Below are positions 8,023 through 18,000 of a stretch of DNA of 64,000 nucleotides, one piece after another. Source of the stretch: Bacteroidales bacterium (GTDB lineage Bacteria > Bacteroidota > Bacteroidia > Bacteroidales > UBA932); contig JAQYTJ010000024.1 in assembly GCA_028724885.1 (NCBI GenBank), forward strand, positions 2,748 to 66,747, in the 5' to 3' direction. A model generated the notes under the pieces. The model searched no databases. It was not told the DNA's origin and was given only the letters and a program-made list of their open reading frames with translations. The position numbers and the translations under genes are program-made. Position 1 is the first letter of the stretch. Each line of letters opens with the position of its first letter.

Positions 8023-10266
8023 TCAATTCCCCTCGTTGAAGCCCTTGGCGGAGCGGAGGAGGTGCCTGATGGAAGATGCGATTTCTCTGGTTTCTTGCAA
8101 TATATTCAAGTATAGATAGCCGACGGCGATATTTTCCTTGCCTGTCTGCATCCTCATCATCTGCTTGTCCCTGGTTTGCTCAAGGCAGACTTTAAGCTCT
8201 TCGCCTTGGTGGCGCACTTCTTCAACCTGATCGTAAGAGCCGCTTCGAAGAATTTCAGAAGCACGTTTCAGTAGGAATAAAACTGTGTCTCGGAGTGGAA
8301 TGAACTCCTTCACCTGTTCTTTGCTCATCGGCATGAAGTGGTTATCCACATGCTCCTCGCAAGGGTCTACGATTCGCCTCAGGCAGTAGAGGATTTCCTC
8401 GCAGGAATTCCTTCCAAGATGGAACCAGGTGCTCTTTTCCATAGCGATATCGGCATCTATCCTGCGTAACCCGATCATCTCTTTGCGGCGAGTGTTCTTC
8501 AATTCCTCTCTCTTGCGTCTAAGGGTCTCGTTAGCGCTTCTAAGTGGTCCCAGCTTCTCGGCTATGAATGCGTCAGTTATCTGCTTGTAGGTCGTATTGA
8601 CATATTCAAGGAAATTGCATTGGGTTGAATTCACGTGTTTTGTGAGCAGTTTCAGCACCTCTTCTTTGTCGGTGCTTCTCATCAGTTCGTTGAATACGAC
8701 ATCCCCTTTCTCTTCCTGCTGCCTCTTGCGGTACTTGACTGAACTTCTGATCAGCAGGAATGCAGCCAGGCACATGAACAGACAGGCTGCCAGGAAACCA
8801 CCCAGATTAATCAGCCATGCCACAGTGAAGCATAAAATGAATGCAGCGCCAGCCGTGATAAACCAGCCTCCAATTACTGAAATCACGCCGGTGATTCTAT
8901 AGACTGCGCTCTCTCTTCCCCAGGCCTTATCTGCTAGCGATGTACCCATAGCTACCATGAACGTCACGTAAGTCGTCGAAAGAGGCAGCTTCCAAGATGT
9001 TCCCAATGCTATCAGAAGGCTTGCCACGACCAGATTGACCGTAGCGCGGACCTCGTCGAATGCGGCTCCGTTCCTTAGCTGGATGTCGCTTGCGTCGAAC
9101 CGTTTATTCGCCCAGGCCTTGACATTGTCAGGGAAAACATCACTGAAGAAATTCCCTACGCTGTCTGAAAATCTTACCAGCACCCTGGCAATTCTAGAAG
9201 AGCCGAACATCTCGTCCCCTTCGCTCTGGCGAGAGAGATCCACAGATGTCCTGATGACGTTGCGGGCTTTCTTGGATGTGGCCAGCGAGACGACCATGAC
9301 TACGCCTGCAAGAATCAGGAATATGACAGGGGTTTTGGCAGGAGAGTCCAGCGATGCCATCATGAAGGTGGAAGGGTCTGCGCCCGGATGCGCCATGAAA
9401 TCCTGATAAGAGGAGTATCCTGCCAAAGGCACTCCGATGAAGTTCACTAAGTCGTTGCCAGCGAATGCCATAGCTAGGGCGAACGTGCCGAGCAGAACCA
9501 GCACCTTGAACACATCAACCTTCAAGAAATAGAGTCCCTGCATTATGAGAGTTGACGCAATGAAGCATATTCCCATTAGCATCGGAGTATTCGCTTTAAT
9601 ATATTCCATTGTGTCGGTGCTGATGAAAGACATTCCCTTGATCCCCTTGAATATCATGAAATAAACAATAGTAGTGGCTGCTATTCCGCCGAATATGCCA
9701 ATCTTCCATTTCATGTTATTAAACGAATATGAGAAAGTGAGCAAGAGCCTAGATACATATTGGACAATGGAGCCGAAGAAGAATGCTATAGGAACAGAAA
9801 TGAATATTCCGAATATTACCTCTATTGCCTTCTCTGTGTTCATCAGGTCGCCCAGCCCCATTCCTGCTTGGTCGCCGTGCATTTTCATTATGGCGAATAT
9901 GGTGGTGCCACCGAGGAGTTCGAAGACCATTGAGACTGTAGTAGACGTAGGAAGGCCTAGGTTATTGAATATGTCCAATAGGATTACGTCGGAGATCATC
10001 ACCGACAGGAAGATGAACATAAGTTCCTTGAAAGAGAACATAGCAGGGTGGAAGATTCCGTGCCTTGCTATTTCCATCATTCCATTGCTCATCGTCGCTC
10101 CAATGAAGACTCCGATTGCCGCCACTATGATTATTGTCTTGAACGATGCCACCTTGGCTCCGATGGCAGAGTTAAGGAAGTTTACTGCGTCGTTGCTAAC
10201 CCCGACCATAAGGTCTACTACGGCCAGCGAGAAAAGGAACAGTACGAAAAATAGGAATATGCTCAT
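8023..10266 (-). CDS. PiT/PHO4-family inorganic phosphate transporter with C-terminal PhoU-like helical domain
   Basis: Two PiT signature repeats (GVSNDAVN, AGNDLVN), LPTSTT and LPLSTT motifs, many TM segments, about 230-aa soluble helical tail. PhoU-likeness is inferred. Confidence 0.88.
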   Translation of the reverse strand: MSIFLFFVLFLFSLAVVDLMVGVSNDAVNFLNSAIGAKVASFKTIIIVAAIGVFIGATMSNGMMEIARHGIFHPAMFSFKELMFIFLSVMISDVILLDIFNNLGLPTSTTVSMVFELLGGTTIFAIMKMHGDQAGMGLGDLMNTEKAIEVIFGIFISVPIAFFFGSIVQYVSRLLLTFSYSFNNMKWKIGIFGGIAATTIVYFMIFKGIKGMSFISTDTMEYIKANTPMLMGICFIASTLIMQGLYFLKVDVFKVLVLLGTFALAMAFAGNDLVNFIGVPLAGYSSYQDFMAHPGADPSTFMMASLDSPAKTPVIFLILAGVVMVVSLATSKKARNVIRTSVDLSRQSEGDEMFGSSRIARVLVRFSDSVGNFFSDVFPDNVKAWANKRFDASDIQLRNGAAFDEVRATVNLVVASLLIALGTSWKLPLSTTYVTFMVAMGTSLADKAWGRESAVYRITGVISVIGGWFITAGAAFILCFTVAWLINLGGFLAACLFMCLAAFLLIRSSVKYRKRQQEEKGDVVFNELMRSTDKEEVLKLLTKHVNSTQCNFLEYVNTTYKQITDAFIAEKLGPLRSANETLRRKREELKNTRRKEMIGLRRIDADIAMEKSTWFHLGRNSCEEILYCLRRIVDPCEEHVDNHFMPMSKEQVKEFIPLRDTVLFLLKRASEILRSGSYDQVEEVRHQGEELKVCLEQTRDKQMMRMQTGKENIAVGYLYLNILQETREIASSIRHLLRSAKGFNEGN

Positions 10267-10329
10267 ATTCAGTAATTTACGGAATATTAAATTTCTTCGC
10301 TTAAATACATTACAAAATTCTTGAATATT

Positions 10330-10376
10330 TGTTACCGCCTTGTTTCAGAATTGTTACAATTTGGTTACAATGACAT
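10330..10376 (-). promoter_or_regulatory. Four Pho-box-like repeats upstream of the phosphate transporter
   Basis: On + strand TGTTACC 10330, TGTTTCA 10341, TGTTACA 10352, GGTTACA 10363: exact 11-bp period. Confidence 0.72.
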
Positions 10377-10394
10377 TCTCCCCGCCGTTTAACC

Positions 10395-10429
10395 AAAAAC
10401 GGCTTCCGCAATTCATGCAGAAGCCGTTT
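10395..10429 (-). terminator. Intrinsic terminator of gpmA
   Basis: AAACGGCTTCCGCA / TGCAGAAGCCGTTT stem (one wobble) with a T-run on the minus strand. Confidence 0.8.
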
Positions 10430-10448
10430 CTGAAAAAATCAGCTGTGA

Positions 10449-11195
10449 TTATTTCGCCTTCCCTTGGTTGGCGACTGCCTGCTGCTTAGCCTTGAGAACT
10501 TCAGGATCAGCAAGATAGTAGTCCTTTACGAGCTTGAGGTCATTGTCGAATTCGAACACGTAAGGGACTGCCGTAGGAATATTCAGACCGACGATGTCGT
10601 TGTCGGATATCCCTTTAAGATGCTTCACGACGCCGCGGAGGCTGTTGCCATGAGCAACGACCACGATGTTGTCATGCTGCTTCAGGGCAGGGAATATCTC
10701 GCATTCCCAATAAGGCATAACTCTCTCAATGCACTGCTTCAATGCTTCGGTGCGAGGAATATATTCATCAGGAACGCCGGCGTAACGTGGGTCTTTGGTG
10801 GCGCTGTTAGGGTCATTCTCGTCCAGAGGAAGAGGCTCTACATCGTAGCTGCGCCTCCAGAGCTTCACCTGCTCGTCGCCATATTTTTCGGCGGTTTCGG
10901 CCTTGTTCAGCCCCTGGAGCATTCCGTAATGTTTCTCGTTCAGTCTCCAGCTCTTATACACAGGAATCCAGTCCAGATCCATTGCGTCAAGGACATTATT
11001 CAGAGTCTTTATGGCCCTCTTGAGGTAAGAAGCATAGGCGACTTCGAACGTGAAGCCTTTCTCTTTAAGAGTTCTTCCAGCTTCGAAAGCTTCTTGGATG
11101 CCTTTTTCGCTAAGATCGACATTCGTCCATCCCGTGAACCTGTTCTCTTTGTTCCACTGGCTCTCGCCATGACGAATTAAAACAATTCTTTTCAT
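10449..11195 (-). CDS. gpmA: 2,3-bisphosphoglycerate-dependent phosphoglycerate mutase
   Basis: [25 protein letters not shown] motifs. Confidence 0.97.
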   Translation of the reverse strand: MKRIVLIRHGESQWNKENRFTGWTNVDLSEKGIQEAFEAGRTLKEKGFTFEVAYASYLKRAIKTLNNVLDAMDLDWIPVYKSWRLNEKHYGMLQGLNKAETAEKYGDEQVKLWRRSYDVEPLPLDENDPNSATKDPRYAGVPDEYIPRTEALKQCIERVMPYWECEIFPALKQHDNIVVVAHGNSLRGVVKHLKGISDNDIVGLNIPTAVPYVFEFDNDLKLVKDYYLADPEVLKAKQQAVANQGKAK

Positions 11196-11277
11196 ACTCT
11201 TAAATATTTTGGATTATTTTCAGTTTCCGCATCTGTTATTGCGCCCTGGCTCCACTGTCCCACACATATTCGCACGG

Positions 11278-11285
11278 CAAAGATA
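11278..11285 (-). promoter_or_regulatory. -7 promoter box for gpmA
   Basis: TATCTTTG on the minus strand, about 80 nt upstream of the ATG. Confidence 0.55.
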
Positions 11286-11366
11286 CAAAATTCCCCATCA
11301 TTTGGCACCATGTCTCCCACTGTATAGCCAAATTCCCCAGCCCTGGCTTTCCTGATTGCAGCTGAA

Positions 11367-11477
11367 GTCATATCCAGAACGACACCCTCGTCATCCAGAA
11401 CGACCCTACCCGTCATCCAGAACTTGATTCAGGATCTAATGCCCATGGACTAGATTACGGGTCAAGCCCGTAATGAC
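11367..11477. repeat. Composite CGTC-type REP-like element (two partial units plus a head-to-head pair)
   Basis: GTCATATCCAGAAC and CGTCATCCAGAAC tandem units; CGTCATCCAGAACTTGATTCAGGATCT; inverted partner AGATTACGGGTCAAGCCCGTAATGAC. Confidence 0.75.
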
Positions 11478-11512
11478 TTGAGGGTAGTGAACGACTTGGC
11501 CTCCGGCATTTC

Positions 11513-12163
11513 TCAGCCATCCTTCAATAGGTGTCTGCGAGCGTAGTCGCTGCACCAGTCGGTGAAGGGACAGTCCGTGCATTTCGGGGTACGAGCTGTG
11601 CAGGTGTATCGGCCATGGAGGATGAGCCAGTGGTGGGCGATGGGTCTCAGGTCTTCAGGGATATTGGCTTCGAGGTCTTTCTCTACGGACTCAACTGTCT
11701 TGCCGTTGGAGAGACCTAGGCGGCGCGATACTCTGAACACATGTGTGTCTACAGCGATTACTGGCTCTTTGTATATTATAGAGGCAACTACATTTGCAGT
11801 TTTGCGGCCAACGCCAGGAAGCGTCATCAGGTCATTGATTGTGGATGGCACTTCGCCGCCGAAATCGGAAATGATCTTCTGGGCCATAGCAATCAAGTGT
11901 TTCGTCTTGCTGTTTGGATAAGAAATGCTCTTAACGTAGGGGAATACCTCGTCGAATGTGGCAGCAGCAAGCTTAGCTGGCGTTGGAAATGCCATGAAAA
12001 GATGTGGGGCTACCATATTCACGCGCTTGTCGGTGCATTGTGCGCTAAGTATAACCGCAATTAGCAGCTGGAATGGAGAGTCATAATGCAGCTCCGTATT
12101 TGCTGCTGGCTGGTTCTTCTGGAACCAGTTCAATATATTCCTATATTTTTCTTTCTTTAACAT
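11513..12163 (-). CDS. nth: Endonuclease III
   Basis: LLIAVILSAQCTD, HhH motif LPGVGRKTANVV, VDTHVFR, 4Fe-4S motif CTARTPKCTDC. Confidence 0.97.
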   Translation of the reverse strand: MLKKEKYRNILNWFQKNQPAANTELHYDSPFQLLIAVILSAQCTDKRVNMVAPHLFMAFPTPAKLAAATFDEVFPYVKSISYPNSKTKHLIAMAQKIISDFGGEVPSTINDLMTLPGVGRKTANVVASIIYKEPVIAVDTHVFRVSRRLGLSNGKTVESVEKDLEANIPEDLRPIAHHWLILHGRYTCTARTPKCTDCPFTDWCSDYARRHLLKDG

Positions 12164-12317
12164 AGTTTCGCTTTTGACATCCTCAGGTAGTTATCCCCTG
12201 CAGCATTGCTGCCCAATCCGAACCACAAGTGGGTTAATCCCGTGGACAGCATCTCCAAAGCAGCTGCGATCACTGAAAGGCGTGAAGGCTGCTGGGGGTG
12301 GTGGTGGCAGCACCACC

Positions 12318-13133
12318 TTAGATTGTCAGTGCCAGATCAATGGCTTCATTGTTGAGGCTCTCTTCGCAGCTCTCGCCTTTGCAGACGAAGACCCTGCCTG
12401 GGTAGTGTCCGAAGATATTTCTATTGTGAGTCACCATCAAGATGGCAGTGCCATTCTCCTTATTGATTTTCAGCAATAAATTCAAGATTCCTTCAGCCGT
12501 CTCACTGTCTAGGTTTCCCGTAGGCTCGTCGGCAAGGATGACTTGCGGATTGTTCAGCAGTGAACGGGCTATGGCAATTCTCTGCTGCTCGCCACCTGAA
12601 AGCTGGTGAGGCATTTTATGCGCCTTGTCTCTCATGCCGACGCCGTCAAGCACCTCTGAAATTCGCAAGTCTATCGCATCCTTGTCCTTCCAGCCAGTGG
12701 CACGCAGCACGAATGAAAGATTCTCTTCCACGCTCCTATCCATCAGAAGCTGAAAGTCTTGGAAGATGACGCCAAGCTTCCTGCGAAGCATAGGAATATC
12801 TTTCTCGCGTATGCCGTTCAATTTAAATCCACACACCTCCCCGAAGCCTTTTTCAAGCTTGTTTTCGGCCATCATCGTGCGGATGATTGAAGTCTTTCCA
12901 GTGCCAACCTTGCCCACAATGTAGACTAGGTCGCCGGGATAAATTTTCATGTCCAGGTCGTAAATGACAGGATTCTCTCCATTCAGGATTTCGGCATCTT
13001 TGAAAGTAATCAGCGGCTCTTTTGGGATCGCTTCTGTAGAAGTGTCCTGCTGGACTGCGTCCTTCGCAAGTATCTCCTCAGATGCGGAAGCCTGCTGAGC
13101 TGCGTCCTGAATCGGTTCGTTTTTTGCTGTCAT
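12318..13133 (-). CDS. ftsE: Cell division ABC ATPase FtsE-like, with acidic N-terminal extension
   Basis: Walker A GKVGTGKT, Q-loop IFQDFQLL, signature LSGGEQQR, Walker B ILADEPTGNLD. Confidence 0.75.
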   Translation of the reverse strand: MTAKNEPIQDAAQQASASEEILAKDAVQQDTSTEAIPKEPLITFKDAEILNGENPVIYDLDMKIYPGDLVYIVGKVGTGKTSIIRTMMAENKLEKGFGEVCGFKLNGIREKDIPMLRRKLGVIFQDFQLLMDRSVEENLSFVLRATGWKDKDAIDLRISEVLDGVGMRDKAHKMPHQLSGGEQQRIAIARSLLNNPQVILADEPTGNLDSETAEGILNLLLKINKENGTAILMVTHNRNIFGHYPGRVFVCKGESCEESLNNEAIDLALTI

Positions 13134-13159
13134 ATCCTAGTTCTCTTCCATTAATTGAA

Positions 13160-13200
13160 CAAATATAATTGAAATTTTACTTATTTATTGAGTATTTTTG
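13160..13200. promoter_or_regulatory. Divergent promoter pair ftsE / TPR operon
   Basis: TATATTTG on minus (13160-13167) and TATTTTTG on plus (13193-13200). Confidence 0.6.
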
Positions 13201-13226
13201 TGTGATTAATATTTAAGATAGTCGAT

Positions 13227-16217
13227 ATGAAGCTTAAACTGTTAGCGGCGGTCATTATCTTGGCAATTATGCTGCCTGCGTCAATGCAGGCTCAGAACAA
13301 GCAAAAAGATGATTTCCGGCAGGCAATGGATCTTTACGAACACGGAATGTTCGAAAGAGCCGAAAGCATATTCAATGAAATCTATTCAAATACTGGCGAT
13401 GAAACAGCCCTCGGGTACAAGGCTCTTTGCTCTGTTCGGCTGCAAGAAGTTGGCTATGAGGCTGTTGCAAATGAATATATCATCAATCATCCATATTCCA
13501 GCCTCGTGCCGCAAATACATTTCTACAAAGGACTGAACATCTTTGACGACCAAAATTATCATGATGCCCTTGTGGAATTCAGCCAAGTGGATACGAAAGA
13601 CTTGAATGTTTCCCAGATTCCCGAATATGAGTTCAAGTACGCCTATTCAAAATTTGGAGCAGGCGACTATGATGGCGCCAGAATGGAATTCGAGAAAGTG
13701 GAAAATATGCCTATGTCGGACTATACTGCACCTTCAAGATACATCCTAGGCTATATCAATTACTCCCACAAGCAGTTTAAGGCTGCTTACGGCTGGTTCG
13801 AAAAATCCGAGAAAGATCCTCGTTTCGAAGAGCTTTCAAAATATTACAAGGTGGAGTGCCGCTTCATGATGAGAGATTATGACTATGTAATCGAGAACGG
13901 CATAGATATGATGGAAAACGCCCCTGGCAACAGGCGGTCTCATCTGGCAAGAATCATCTCAGAGTCTTATCTTGCCCAAGGGGATAACGACAACGCCAAG
14001 AAATATTACGATATGATAAACCATAGCAGCAGGGATAGGGATCGTGATGATTTTTTCTATGCAGGGTCTCTGTATTATGCTGCTGGCGACTATAAGGGTG
14101 CCATCGACAACTATTCGATGATGAAGGAACGCACGGATTCCATCGGGCAGATAGCCAATTACGAATTAGGCTACAGCTACATCCAGACCGGCAACAAAGT
14201 GGCGGCGATGGATGCGTTCAAGGCCGCTTCGGAATATTCATTTAACTCGAAGGTTCAGGAAGACGCTCATTTCAATTACGCTAAGCTCTCATTTGACTTG
14301 AACCATAACCCTTCCGTATTCGATGATTATATGAAGAAGTACGGCAAAGCTAAAGGGGACCAGATTTACAGCTATATGGCTCTTTCGTGCCTTTACAATC
14401 ACGACTATTCAGGAGCGGTGGATGCCTACAGCCATATAGACCTTTTGGACGATGACCAGAAGGCCAATTATATGAAAGCCAATTACCTAAGGGCTCAACA
14501 GCTAATCGGTGGAGGCTCCTGGAAAGACGCAATTCCTCTGCTGAAGGCCGCTTCATTTTATTCGAACAAGCACGATGGCTTCAATCAGCTAGCTCGCTAC
14601 TGGCTTGGAGAATCACAATTCCGCAGCGAACAATACTCTGCCGCCGCCGAAGCTTTCAAGGACCTTTACAATATTTCGGCCCTGGACAAGCAAGAGGAAG
14701 GAAAACTACTGCCGTACAATATAGGCTGGTGTTATTTCAAGAATAAGGAATATGCAGCTGCGGCCAAATGGTTCGATGAATATCTTGGGACGAGGAACCC
14801 TGAGATGGGAGAAGATGCTGCCCTTAGGCGGGCAGATTGCGATTTCGTTAATAAGGACTATGCGAATGCAATAAAAGAATATGAGAACGCTATGCGGCGT
14901 TTTGCCTATGCGGACAACCTATATCCTTATCTGCAGTGCGGAATTGCCTACGGCCTGTATGGGAAAAATGACAAGAAGATAGAGTCGCTGTCTCGGGCAC
15001 TCACGTCTAAGCCTTCGGCACAATATTACCCAGAGACCATGTACGAGCTCGGTCGGGCTTATGTGGCAGGTGGGAAGAGTGATGATGCGGTGAGCTGCTA
15101 TGAGAAGCTACGCAAGAATTCTTCTGACAAGACCATAAACGCTCGCTCCTTGATAGAGCTTGGAATGATAGCTAGGAATAAGTCAGACAATGATAAGGCT
15201 CTGGGCTATTACAAGCAGGTAGTTGAGGAAATGCCTGGAACTGAATATGCTCAGAATGCCCTTCTTGCCATAGAGTCAATATATCAGACTCAAGGGCGCG
15301 CAGATGAATATCTTGACTATGCCGATAAGGTGGGTGCTAACTTCGGCAAGACCGACAGCGAGAAAGATGACATGTACTTTGCTGCCGCCGAGCAGGTGTT
15401 CATGACCGAGAATTATGAAAAGGCCTCCCAGTCACTTCAAAATTATATGAGCCGTTATCCGAACGGAAAGAATATCGCCAAGGCCGATTATTATATGGCT
15501 GAATGCGAGAGGAATACTGGCAAGAAGGAGCAGGCCTGCGACTGGTATGCGAAAGCACTGTCAGCAGACCCGAATGCGGCATATTCAGAAATGGCTCTCC
15601 TTCGCAGCGGCCAGCTCTATTATGAGATGGAGCGTTTCAACGAGGCATACAGGAATTACGCTGCCCTAGTTCAGAAAACCAGCGATGCCGACATGACCAA
15701 CGCCGCTAGGCTTGGACTCATGAGATCGTCGTACAAGGCTCAGGATTGGCAGTCTGCCATCAGCCAGGCAGAAAAGGTGAAGGCATTGAAAAAAGTCACA
15801 GCTGATGAAAGCAGGGAGGCGGAGTATGTTTGTGCTAAGTCTTATCTCTCTACTAATGAAAGAGATAAGGCATTCGATATGTTCAATAAGCTAAGCGCTA
15901 AGCCTGCGACTGATGAAGGCGCCGAGGCTACATACATGCTCATTCAAGATGCATACGATCAAGGTGAATATGCTTCCGTTGAATCTAAGGTCTATAAATT
16001 CGCGAAAGATGCTCCAGATCAGTCTTACTGGCTGGCTAAGGCATTCATAACGCTCGGTGACTCATTTGCCGAGAGGGACGATTACAAGCAGGCTAGGGCG
16101 ACTTTCGAAAGCGTCAGGAATGGCTATAAACCAGAAAAAGGCACTTCTGATGATGTCCTGGATAATGTGAGGATGAGGCTTGAGAAGCTTAATAATATAG
16201 AATCAGGCAATGAATAA
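13227..16217 (+). CDS. Large exported tetratricopeptide-repeat protein
   Basis: Signal peptide ending in MQA; many TPR-like helical pairs (A..Y..G..YF...Y..A) over about 1000 aa. Confidence 0.9.
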   Translation: MKLKLLAAVIILAIMLPASMQAQNKQKDDFRQAMDLYEHGMFERAESIFNEIYSNTGDETALGYKALCSVRLQEVGYEAVANEYIINHPYSSLVPQIHFYKGLNIFDDQNYHDALVEFSQVDTKDLNVSQIPEYEFKYAYSKFGAGDYDGARMEFEKVENMPMSDYTAPSRYILGYINYSHKQFKAAYGWFEKSEKDPRFEELSKYYKVECRFMMRDYDYVIENGIDMMENAPGNRRSHLARIISESYLAQGDNDNAKKYYDMINHSSRDRDRDDFFYAGSLYYAAGDYKGAIDNYSMMKERTDSIGQIANYELGYSYIQTGNKVAAMDAFKAASEYSFNSKVQEDAHFNYAKLSFDLNHNPSVFDDYMKKYGKAKGDQIYSYMALSCLYNHDYSGAVDAYSHIDLLDDDQKANYMKANYLRAQQLIGGGSWKDAIPLLKAASFYSNKHDGFNQLARYWLGESQFRSEQYSAAAEAFKDLYNISALDKQEEGKLLPYNIGWCYFKNKEYAAAAKWFDEYLGTRNPEMGEDAALRRADCDFVNKDYANAIKEYENAMRRFAYADNLYPYLQCGIAYGLYGKNDKKIESLSRALTSKPSAQYYPETMYELGRAYVAGGKSDDAVSCYEKLRKNSSDKTINARSLIELGMIARNKSDNDKALGYYKQVVEEMPGTEYAQNALLAIESIYQTQGRADEYLDYADKVGANFGKTDSEKDDMYFAAAEQVFMTENYEKASQSLQNYMSRYPNGKNIAKADYYMAECERNTGKKEQACDWYAKALSADPNAAYSEMALLRSGQLYYEMERFNEAYRNYAALVQKTSDADMTNAARLGLMRSSYKAQDWQSAISQAEKVKALKKVTADESREAEYVCAKSYLSTNERDKAFDMFNKLSAKPATDEGAEATYMLIQDAYDQGEYASVESKVYKFAKDAPDQSYWLAKAFITLGDSFAERDDYKQARATFESVRNGYKPEKGTSDDVLDNVRMRLEKLNNIESGNE

Positions 16218-17988
16218 TATTAAAAGAATATATTTCACCGCAGCTGCGCTAGGCGCATGTGCTATTTCTTTCGGCCAGAATCTGAACCCTACGGTCGAGG
16301 TTACGAATACCTATGAAGGGGATCCATCGCATATTCAGAAACCTTTCACTGAGATGGTAGTCCCGGATTCGTTGTTACGATTCGATTTGGATTTCAATTA
16401 TCAGGTTTTCGATAATCCTTATGACGCATCGTATAGTTTCAAGCCATACATGCTGAACGTTAGGCCTGGCAGGGACGCTTGGCGAGGCAAGGGCCTCTAT
16501 CTGAAGGCAGGAGCGGGCTACTCGCTTCATCCGCAGCTGGATTTCGTATGGAGTCCGGAGAGGAAAGGGCCCTTCCAGTTCAGCATCTATGCTAATCACA
16601 GATCTTATTTCGGAAAATATCATGCGATTGTTCCTAAACTGATGTCTGGCCCACAGGGTGGGTACGAGCTGAAATCCAATGGGGATTCGTATAAAGGCCA
16701 CGATGCTCTTACAAGAGCTGGCTTCGATGGCCGGTACAGCTGGGATTCAGGCGCGTTTGCTTTCGGCATCGGTTATTATGGCTTGAATACTAAAGACACG
16801 CTTACGTCTCAGAGCTACAATGCGGCTGATGTCTGGCTGAACTTGCAGTCTTACGATAGCCCGGACGCTCAGTTCTATTATGATGCGACCATCAAAGGAC
16901 GCTTCGGGAAAAACAATCTGGAATATTCCTCAGGCCTCGGCAACCTTTATGGCAAATCCACATTGAATGTGCTGAGTGAATTAGGGATAGCCGAAGGGAG
17001 ATGCGATTACAAGGAAACCGTAATGTCGCTGGACGGCAATGTGGGTTTTGCCGTGAATGGACATAAGTTCTTGGTCGGCATCGATGGCGCATACGCATCA
17101 TATTCAGACTTGCTGCAGGGTGCATACGGGGTGTTCGCTGTCACGCCTAAGTACGTGTTCGAGAAAGGCAAGCTGAAAGTCAATGTCGGCCTGCGCATTC
17201 AGCATTTTTTCAGCAGTAATGACGGGAAGGACCTCTTGGAGCCAGAAGAGTGGGATGGAGGAGCCCTGCTGAACCCGGACATTTACGCTAGCGTCGCTAT
17301 AGTCAATGGTTTCCAGCCTTATGTACGGATATACAATGGCACGAAAATCAACACAATGTCTTCTGTGCAGGAAGGAAGAAATCATTATTTCAATCCGCTG
17401 TGCTTCAGTTTAGGCAATGATACGGGTTACGACCTCAGTGCTGGTTTCAAAGGAGATTTCTCGACGGCATTCCACTATGACGTGAACGCCAGGCTGAATT
17501 CGTATGACGAAACCTTGATGGATTACGTTGCTTATTCTGGGAAAGAGTATTACGTTCCAGCATATTTGCGTAGCGAATGCGACGTTTTTTCTGTAAATGC
17601 ACTCATGAATTTTAGATTGAAAAGGTTCAAGGTCGATGCCGACTTTCATTATTACCATACTAAGTTTGAAGAAGACAGCCGCCATGCTTTTGCCATGCCT
17701 GACTTCACTTTCGGCCTGAAAGCTGTTTACGACATAACGAGCCGGATATATTGTGGGGCGAATATGAGTTATGTACACAAGAGAGAAGGGGATTTCTACG
17801 TTAATTCCCAAGGTGGTTATTCAATTCCAGGTTGGTTCGATTTAGGCATTTTGGGAGGATATCAGTTCAACCGAAAGCTCGGCTTCTGGCTGGAAAGCGG
17901 AAACCTTCTGGGCCAGAAAGTTCAGCCGAATCCGTTCTACGTCGAAAAAGGTCTCTGGATTACGGCGGGCTTAACCTTGAATTTATAG
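16210..17988 (+). CDS. Outer-membrane beta-barrel protein (TonB-dependent-receptor-like, apparently without plug)
   Basis: Signal peptide ending in SFG; alternating aromatic beta-strand pattern; C-terminal AGLTLNL; overlaps the TPR stop. Confidence 0.72.
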   Translation: MNNIKRIYFTAAALGACAISFGQNLNPTVEVTNTYEGDPSHIQKPFTEMVVPDSLLRFDLDFNYQVFDNPYDASYSFKPYMLNVRPGRDAWRGKGLYLKAGAGYSLHPQLDFVWSPERKGPFQFSIYANHRSYFGKYHAIVPKLMSGPQGGYELKSNGDSYKGHDALTRAGFDGRYSWDSGAFAFGIGYYGLNTKDTLTSQSYNAADVWLNLQSYDSPDAQFYYDATIKGRFGKNNLEYSSGLGNLYGKSTLNVLSELGIAEGRCDYKETVMSLDGNVGFAVNGHKFLVGIDGAYASYSDLLQGAYGVFAVTPKYVFEKGKLKVNVGLRIQHFFSSNDGKDLLEPEEWDGGALLNPDIYASVAIVNGFQPYVRIYNGTKINTMSSVQEGRNHYFNPLCFSLGNDTGYDLSAGFKGDFSTAFHYDVNARLNSYDETLMDYVAYSGKEYYVPAYLRSECDVFSVNALMNFRLKRFKVDADFHYYHTKFEEDSRHAFAMPDFTFGLKAVYDITSRIYCGANMSYVHKREGDFYVNSQGGYSIPGWFDLGILGGYQFNRKLGFWLESGNLLGQKVQPNPFYVEKGLWITAGLTLNL

Positions 17989-18000
17989 AAATAATTTAGT

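Noticed and set aside
11192-11416. 74-aa ORF in the gpmA-nth gap
   Set aside because: Runs through REP units and the gpmA promoter/leader; no coding signature.
11367-11437. Tandem about 22-nt units as a mini CRISPR array
   Set aside because: Units are degenerate REP fragments, lack unique 30-40 nt spacers, and no cas genes are present.
12174-12317. GC-rich spacer between ftsE and nth as a riboswitch or ncRNA
   Set aside because: Only short palindromes (GCAGCATTGCTGC, GGTGGTGGCAGCACCACC); no recognisable RNA motif and no convincing second copy in the window.
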